DNA from: an uncultured Oscillospiraceae bacterium
GTDB taxonomy: Bacteria; Bacillota; Clostridia; Christensenellales; CAG-138
Reading direction: 5' to 3'
NCBI GenBank assembly: GCA_964411275.1
Contig: CAYPKG010000004.1
Coordinates: 672-64,671, forward strand
Length of the DNA stretch: 64,000 bases
A program made the position numbers and the translations under genes. Under the pieces are notes generated by a model that saw only the letters and a list, made by a program, of their open reading frames with translations, did no database searches and was not told the DNA's origin. Of the stretch, positions 58,419 through 64,000 are shown in pieces; positions within the stretch are counted from its first letter, which is position 1, and the number at the start of each line of letters is the position of its first letter.

Positions 58419-59243
58419 CTACATTGGACTGCTAATAATTTGCGTAAGATACCGGTAGCTTTCCTGTATCTGACCGACGTCATCGTACAGGTCTGAATAC
58501 ACCTCCAGCATCACCGGCCCTACGTAATCCATGTCATGAAGCGTCCTGGCGATGGCTGAAAAATCGCATTCGCCTTGTCCGGGCATGGCGGGTACCGCCC
58601 GGCCGTCCACCATGCGGTAATCGCAGGCATGGACATTTACAAGCTTTCCGGGCCCCAGGGGCTTAAGCGCCTCCAGATACGAAAGCACGGGGGCGCCGCT
58701 TCTGGCCGCCTGCTTGATATCGAATGTAAAGCGCAATCGGTCCGTCTTTGCCGCGTCAGTCAGCCGCAGGGCAAAATCCGGCCAATGGTACAGGCACCAG
58801 CTGACATTTTCCCACGCCACAAAAACCCCGTATTCCCTGGCGATGTCGCATAGCTCACGTACGATGGGGCCGACGCGGTTAAATTCCATGTTTCGAAGCG
58901 CCCCGTGCAAATTTGCAGGGCCATGGAGGATATAGTATTTTGCCCCCAGCTCCCTCGCGCAGCGAAGTACCCGCACGAAAACATCCATGGCGTCCGCTCT
59001 TTGCCGGGGATGCAGGGAAAATAACTGCGGTTCAAACTGGGTGCCCATGGGATGTACGCTGAACGCGTCAAGCCCTTCGGCCTTAATATTTCGTTTCAGC
59101 TCCCCCAGAATGGGTTCTTCATACTCACAAAATGTATTCAAAAACACCTCGCACAGGGTGGCGCCCATCCGGGCGATGTGCCTTGGCGTTTCTTCAACCA
59201 TGCATTTGGCGAAAAAGCTGGCGGTGGAAATTCCAACCTGCAA
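58419..59243 (-). CDS. sugar phosphate isomerase/epimerase (xylose-isomerase-like TIM barrel)
   Basis: 274 aa; AP_endonuc_2-type pattern (LHG..., ENV..., E.Y). Confidence 0.7.
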   Translation of the reverse strand: MQVGISTASFFAKCMVEETPRHIARMGATLCEVFLNTFCEYEEPILGELKRNIKAEGLDAFSVHPMGTQFEPQLFSLHPRQRADAMDVFVRVLRCARELGAKYYILHGPANLHGALRNMEFNRVGPIVRELCDIAREYGVFVAWENVSWCLYHWPDFALRLTDAAKTDRLRFTFDIKQAARSGAPVLSYLEALKPLGPGKLVNVHACDYRMVDGRAVPAMPGQGECDFSAIARTLHDMDYVGPVMLEVYSDLYDDVGQIQESYRYLTQIISSPM

Positions 59244-59375
59244 GCGTCTGCCCCCTTCCTTTTGCGTTCAACGAAAAGCCCTTTGGGTTTTTCTCATCAT
59301 AGTCCGTTGATGCAGCAATTACAAGTATATCATGTTCCACGCAACAAAGAAATATCGAAACAGTTAGATGGCTTA

Positions 59376-59384
59376 TGGTATACT
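59376..59384 (+). promoter_or_regulatory. extended -10 element TGgTATACT 7 nt before the DUF3810 ATG
   Basis: No SD sequence between this element and the ATG at 59392; weak -35. Confidence 0.35.
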
Positions 59385-59391
59385 ATGTTCC

Positions 59392-60519
59392 ATGAAAGTA
59401 AAGTTTCGAAAAAAAATACCTGAAACCACGCTTCGGCGTGAGCTTATAAGGCTCCCCTGGCTGCTGCTGATCCCTCTGGGGCTGTTGCTGCCCAAACTTG
59501 CCGCCAATCATCCCGACTGGATCGAGCGTTGGTTTTCCAACGGGCTGTATCCTGTCGTGCATGGTGTTCTCGGCTTCATCAGCAGCGCCGTACCGTTCTC
59601 CATCGCGGAATTTATACTTTACGCGCTTATCATCGGCATTCCACTGTTGTTGATCATACAGGTCTATCAGACGGTTAAGAAAAGGAGGGCGCCTGTACAG
59701 CTGCTTCGCACGGTCATCAGCTTGTGCATCATTGCTGGGGTCCTCATAAACGCCATGTATCTTTGCTGGGGCTTGAATTACGCAAGGCCGCAGCTAAAAA
59801 CGCTGCTGGGGCTTGATGTACATGAACGCCCCGCCGGGCAGCTTATCGAGCTTAGCCATACCCTTGCCGACAAGGCCAATGAATTGCGCGTACACCTGCG
59901 CGAGGACGAGGCGGGTGTGTTTATCTATCGGACCGGATTGAACGACATGCTCAAATCCATCCCCAGCGCATACACAGCCCTGGCAGCGAAGGAAGGGCTG
60001 TTTCAAAATGTGCGCATTTATGCGCCCAAATATGTCCTCGCTTCAGAGGCGTTAAGCTGGGCTGGAATTTCAGGGATTTTTATTCCCTTCACCGCCGAGT
60101 CCAATGTAAATGTCCACGAGCCGCCGCTGCTTACTCCTACATGCGCCGCCCATGAATGCGCGCATGCCGCGGGCATTGCCCGGGAAAACGAGGCAAATTT
60201 CGTGGGATATCTCGCGTGCATGGCATCGGGTGACATGGATCTACAATATTCGGCGGTCATGCTGGCTCTCATCAACTGCGGCAATCAAGTGCATGCGCTG
60301 GACAAGGAGGCATATAGGGAGCTGTATGCCCGGTACAGCGATGGGGTCAAGCGGGACCTCATCGCCTATTCCGCATATTGGGACGCCTATGAAGGCCCGG
60401 TGCAGGAGGCAATGACTGAAATGAACGATGGGTATCTCAAGCACAACCAACAGGAAAGCGGCGTAAAAAGCTATGGCGAGATGGTGGATCTGCTGCTGGC
60501 CTGGTATTTTAAAGGCTAG
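59392..60519 (+). CDS. DUF3810 domain membrane protein (putative zinc hydrolase, HExxH)
   Basis: N-terminal TM helices followed by a HECAHAAG motif. Confidence 0.65.
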   Translation: MKVKFRKKIPETTLRRELIRLPWLLLIPLGLLLPKLAANHPDWIERWFSNGLYPVVHGVLGFISSAVPFSIAEFILYALIIGIPLLLIIQVYQTVKKRRAPVQLLRTVISLCIIAGVLINAMYLCWGLNYARPQLKTLLGLDVHERPAGQLIELSHTLADKANELRVHLREDEAGVFIYRTGLNDMLKSIPSAYTALAAKEGLFQNVRIYAPKYVLASEALSWAGISGIFIPFTAESNVNVHEPPLLTPTCAAHECAHAAGIARENEANFVGYLACMASGDMDLQYSAVMLALINCGNQVHALDKEAYRELYARYSDGVKRDLIAYSAYWDAYEGPVQEAMTEMNDGYLKHNQQESGVKSYGEMVDLLLAWYFKG

Positions 60520-61073
60520 CTTTCCACATCCTCCAGATAAGCGTTGATCTCTTCAAGGGAGCTAAAATCAATGCCCTCTTCCAACAGCACCTGTACATCG
60601 GAAGGCAGTCCCGTAGGATCGTATTTGAGCGTCATAACATCTTCCTCAAAATCCGGTTCTGTGGTATGGGAAACCAGAAGATGCCCCAATTCATCGGAAA
60701 ACAGCACATAATGAGCCGGGCAATAGCACTCCAGCTCCCGCTCAATCAACGCCGTATTTCCTTCCAAAGCCGCCGCGCGGACATCCGGATAGGTCTTGCG
60801 CACCTCGTCCAGCGTAAGTCCTGAAAATGCGCCCCCCGTTTCTTCGCGCTCTATCGTGTGCCCGCACAGTAAAAACCTGTACTGCACCTCAACAGCTGTT
60901 TCAGGCAATATGCTTGGTTTTTCTCCCTGGCTGACAGGCTGCGCGTTTTCCAAAGGCGCCTCGGGCACTGCCGCCGCCTCCCTGGGGGCGATGAGCACCC
61001 CTGCGCCAAGCCCGATGGCCAAGGACAGCGCCACGCTTATGATAAGCCGCGCATTGTTTTTGATAAACCGCAT
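60516..61073 (-). CDS. hypothetical membrane-anchored protein (weak BofC C-terminal-like pattern)
   Basis: N-terminal TM anchor, then a soluble domain with a CYCPAHYVLFSDELGHLLV pattern. Family assignment is tentative. Confidence 0.4.
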   Translation of the reverse strand: MRFIKNNARLIISVALSLAIGLGAGVLIAPREAAAVPEAPLENAQPVSQGEKPSILPETAVEVQYRFLLCGHTIEREETGGAFSGLTLDEVRKTYPDVRAAALEGNTALIERELECYCPAHYVLFSDELGHLLVSHTTEPDFEEDVMTLKYDPTGLPSDVQVLLEEGIDFSSLEEINAYLEDVES

Positions 61074-61162
61074 ATCCGTTTCACCATGACGCGCCCCGGC
61101 GCGCCTATCCTTCCGTCGTTGTATTTTATGTATTCCCCTCCTCTTCCCTCTTGATACCTGTT

Positions 61163-61195
61163 GCTGTATAATAGCCGCAAAACGGCTATTATACA
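61163..61195. repeat. perfect palindrome CTGTATAATAGCCG-N5-CGGCTATTATACAG
   Basis: 14-bp arms with a 5-nt loop; TATAAT is present in both orientations; followed by GTTATTTTATT on the plus strand. Confidence 0.85.
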
Positions 61196-61248
61196 GGTTA
61201 TTTTATTCGCCCGCGATATTTCAGGCTGCGCCTGAAACGCGGATGCGA

Positions 61249-61283
61249 GATTATACCATAATCGCTTCGCAATTATGGTATAA
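61249..61283. promoter_or_regulatory. 13-bp-arm inverted repeat carrying back-to-back TGGTATAAT extended -10 elements
   Basis: ATTATACCATAAT-N9-ATTATGGTATAAT. The right arm is an extended -10 for the PH-domain gene; the left arm gives the same element on the minus strand. Confidence 0.6.
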
Positions 61284-61314
61284 TAGACCCAGTATGATTA
61301 GGAGGAACGATGCA

Positions 61315-61773
61315 ATGGCAACTAAGCCAAACCTCGAAAACCTTGTGGAAGACACAATTCTCTGGCGCGACCGAAAGCGCATTCTGGGAATGCCCATCAG
61401 CTTTACTATCTATGAGGTGGACAACGACCGGCTGACTACCCGGAGGGGCTTGTTTCACACGGAGACGGATGAAATACTACTCTATCGTATTCTGGATATC
61501 AAAATGGTGCGCACATTCGGCCAAAAGCTTTTCGGCGTGGGAACTTTGACGCTGTACAGTGCTGACCAGACACATAATACTATAAACATCGTTAACATCA
61601 AAAAGCCGGACGCCGTGCGCAAATTCATCAGCCGCATTGTGGAGCGGGAGCGCGCCGCAAAAGGAATAACCGGACGTGAAATATTCGGTGTGGCCGGCAC
61701 AATGCAAAATTCCGATCACGATGCGGCCAACATGGCGTTTGCGGATATCGACGGCGACGGAATTCCAGACTGA
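61315..61773 (+). CDS. bacterial PH-domain (bPH_2 / YdbT-like) protein
   Basis: Pattern ...FTIYEVDNDRLTTRRGLFHTETDEILLYRILDIKMVRTFGQKLFGVGTLTL. AGGAGG RBS 9 nt upstream of the ATG at 61315. Confidence 0.7.
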   Translation: MATKPNLENLVEDTILWRDRKRILGMPISFTIYEVDNDRLTTRRGLFHTETDEILLYRILDIKMVRTFGQKLFGVGTLTLYSADQTHNTINIVNIKKPDAVRKFISRIVERERAAKGITGREIFGVAGTMQNSDHDAANMAFADIDGDGIPD

Positions 61774-61781
61774 TCAACGCC

Positions 61782-63665
61782 ATGGGTATTGTGATCAGTA
61801 TTCTGTTTTGCTTGGTTTTTTTAGCCGCGGGATACGGGATATCCCGCTTGGTGTTTTCCCGCGAGCGCCCTTTTATCCGGGTTTGGATGGGCGGCGTTTT
61901 TTCGTTGCTGCTGCTGCTATGGCTGCCAGCCCTGTGGTCGTTTATCTTTGGGTTTACCATAGCCGCGCAATGGGCGGCGTTCTTTACCTGTCTCGCCCTG
62001 GGTTTCGGCGCGCTTTTTTTCTTAAAAAAGCGGGGCCTGCCTGTAACATCCTCCCCCTGGCGGGAGGAATGGCCGGCTCTCATGTTGCTGCCCCTGTTCC
62101 TTTTGGGAACCTATCTCTTTTTCACCCATATCATCCCCATGAAAAACGGCGCGCTGTACGCGGGTCAGTCTACATTCGGGGACTTGCCGCTGCATCTCGG
62201 GCTTGTCACAAGCCTTGGCGAGCAGGGCTTATTTCCGCCTGAATACTCCATATTACCAGGGGTACAGGTGGGCTATCCATTTTTATGCGACAGCATCAGC
62301 GCCACGTTCTACGTCCTGGGCGCGCCTCTGCGGTTTTCCATGCTGTTGCCTGCGATATTCGCATACGCATTGGTGCTCTTAGGCGTATTTTATTTTTTTG
62401 AGCGTTGGCTAAAGGGCCGGGGCGTGACGATACTGGCCACGCTTTTGTTTTTCATGGGCGGCGGCTTTGGATTTGCGTATTTCTTTGATCTGCTGAAGTC
62501 AAACCCGGAAAACCTCCTGCGGCTCTTTTACGGGTTTTACAATACCCCCAACAACTTCATCGAAAAAGGTATGATTTGGGTCAATCCTATTGCAGACATG
62601 CTCATCCCCCAGCGGGCGACGCTGTTTGGCTGGGCGCTGCTGTTTCCGTCTCTATATCTGCTGCGCCGCGCCGCGTTTGAGGAGGAGCATCGCCTGTTCC
62701 TGCCCCTTGGGATCATCGCGGGGGCAATGCCGCTGGTGCACACCCATTCTTTTTTCGCCCTGGGGGTGCTCAGCGCCTGTTATCTTTTTCAGGCAATCGT
62801 TAAGCGGGATACGAAAAAGAGCGTATTGACCGGCTGGTTTCTCTACGGGGCGACGGCCTTGCTGCTTGCCGCTCCACAGCTCATATTCTTCACATTCCGG
62901 CAATCCGGGGATTTTCTCAAATTCCATTTCAACTGGAGCAATTCTTTGGACAGCTTCCTTTGGTTTTATGTAAAAAACCTGGGGCTTTTGTTCCTGTTGC
63001 TGCCTGTGGCATTCTTTCGTTTGGACAAAAGGGAGCGTGGGTTTTATCTGGGAGCGGCGGTTTTATGGGCGCTATCCGAGTTCATACAGTTTCAGCCCAA
63101 TCCATATGATAATAACAAGCTGCTGTTTATTTGGTTTGCACTTACCTGCGGCATCGTGGCAAAACTCCTGGTGGAGCTCTACGGGCATCTTAAAGGGTTT
63201 CGCGGAGCGCGGTTCATCGCGGGGATGACGCTTGTCAGCCTGTTTCTATCCGGTGTGCTGACGTTAGGGCGGGAGGTCGTCAGCGAGTACACGCTCTTTG
63301 ACAAGGATGCGGTGGATGCAGCGGAATTCATCAAGGAAAACACAGCGCCGGACGCCATGTTTTTGACCAATTCGAACCATAATAACCTGGTGTCCTCCCT
63401 GACCGGCCGCAATATCGTTTGCGGCACCGGATCGTATTTGTACTATCATGGTCTTGACTACAGCGACCGGGAATACGCGCTTGCGGATATGTACGGCGAA
63501 CCAAATATATACTTTCAGGAATATGCCGATCTGTTCAACGTGAATTATGTGCTGATTGGGGATTATGAACGGTATGCCTTCTACTGTGACGAAGCGTATT
63601 TTGACCAGCGGTTTCCGGTTGCCTATGAAAACGAAAGCATTACAATCTACCGGGTACCGGATTGA
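61782..63665 (+). CDS. large polytopic membrane protein with a C-terminal soluble domain (GT-C-like putative glycosyltransferase; family uncertain)
   Basis: 627 aa; more than 10 predicted TM helices by hydrophobic runs, then a soluble tail of roughly 150 aa. Starts 9 nt after the PH-domain gene. Confidence 0.45.
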   Translation: MGIVISILFCLVFLAAGYGISRLVFSRERPFIRVWMGGVFSLLLLLWLPALWSFIFGFTIAAQWAAFFTCLALGFGALFFLKKRGLPVTSSPWREEWPALMLLPLFLLGTYLFFTHIIPMKNGALYAGQSTFGDLPLHLGLVTSLGEQGLFPPEYSILPGVQVGYPFLCDSISATFYVLGAPLRFSMLLPAIFAYALVLLGVFYFFERWLKGRGVTILATLLFFMGGGFGFAYFFDLLKSNPENLLRLFYGFYNTPNNFIEKGMIWVNPIADMLIPQRATLFGWALLFPSLYLLRRAAFEEEHRLFLPLGIIAGAMPLVHTHSFFALGVLSACYLFQAIVKRDTKKSVLTGWFLYGATALLLAAPQLIFFTFRQSGDFLKFHFNWSNSLDSFLWFYVKNLGLLFLLLPVAFFRLDKRERGFYLGAAVLWALSEFIQFQPNPYDNNKLLFIWFALTCGIVAKLLVELYGHLKGFRGARFIAGMTLVSLFLSGVLTLGREVVSEYTLFDKDAVDAAEFIKENTAPDAMFLTNSNHNNLVSSLTGRNIVCGTGSYLYYHGLDYSDREYALADMYGEPNIYFQEYADLFNVNYVLIGDYERYAFYCDEAYFDQRFPVAYENESITIYRVPD

Positions 63666-63688
63666 GCAAACAAGGGGCTGCTCTTATT

Positions 63689-64000
63689 TCAAACCGTTAA
63701 AACGTCCCCTGCAACCATCTCGATTTCTCCTTTTGCGTACGCCTCGAAATTCGGCAGCTCATTCACATGGTGCAAGCCAAACTGCCGCAAAAACCCATCA
63801 GTGGTGGCATACATCATCGGCCGCCCCACGCAGTCCTTGCGGCCCACAGACTCGATCATGTTGAGCTTGACCAGCTGGGATACCGCATACTCGCAGCGCA
63901 CCCCCCGTACCATCTCCACATCCGCGCGGGTTACCGGCTGCCGATAGGCGATCACCGCCAGTGTTTCCAACAGGGACTGGGAAAACGTCCTGCTTTGGGC
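63689..64000 (-). CDS. scpB: segregation and condensation protein B, C-terminal part (5' end outside window)
   Basis: LETLAVIAYRQPVTRADVEMVRGV winged-helix pattern. The frame is open to the window edge. Confidence 0.85.
   Translation of the reverse strand, partial: AQSRTFSQSLLETLAVIAYRQPVTRADVEMVRGVRCEYAVSQLVKLNMIESVGRKDCVGRPMMYATTDGFLRQFGLHHVNELPNFEAYAKGEIEMVAGDVLTV

Overview
This window is a core chromosomal segment of a moderately GC-rich, spore-forming Clostridia-type Firmicute, inferred from gene content: spoIVFB, ylbJ, a SpoIID-like gene, SCIFF and T-box leaders. About 60 protein genes are tightly packed, mostly on the minus strand. In order they are: ftsH (3' part) with a thioesterase and a PHP phosphoesterase, prs, a flavodoxin with a frameshifted DUF3793 gene, and a complete pyrB-I-C-F-K-D-E operon ending in a translationally coupled GNAT gene. 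Next come a SpoIID-like peptidoglycan-binding protein, an ECF sigma/anti-sigma pair, a lone XerS-like tyrosine recombinase, rnhA-proC and tRNA-Trp. These are followed by a Trp T-box controlling a stand-alone trpB2, a CPBP protease, tig-clpP-clpX, a homocysteine methyltransferase-like gene, a Val T-box with valS, hemZ, an MBL hydrolase, dtd-relA, apt, recJ and secDF. Then come a SCIFF (ranthipeptide) precursor with its radical-SAM maturase, ackA-pta, tmcAL, a patatin, ylbJ, rqcH, a yerC-like gene, an FAH-family gene and RNase G/E with a TIGR03960/TIGR03936 radical-SAM pair. The window ends with spoIVFA-like/spoIVFB, rodA, an orphan binding lipoprotein, pgi, a TIM-barrel isomerase, a DUF3810 gene, a PH-domain protein with a large membrane protein, and scpB (partial). 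No CRISPR array, IS element or prophage was seen. The most notable items are: (1) a 47-codon Cys-rich SCIFF precursor ORF missing from the ORF track, with its own promoter and a hairpin in front of the maturase; (2) a 435-bp non-coding region upstream of the recombinase holding two perfect 12-bp-arm palindromes, one with recombinase-core-site (dif-like) geometry, plus a strong promoter; (3) a Trp T-box and trpB2 transcribed divergently from the tRNA-Trp gene; (4) a conserved radical-SAM pair of unknown function next to RNase G/E. All product calls come from motif recognition by eye, not database searches.
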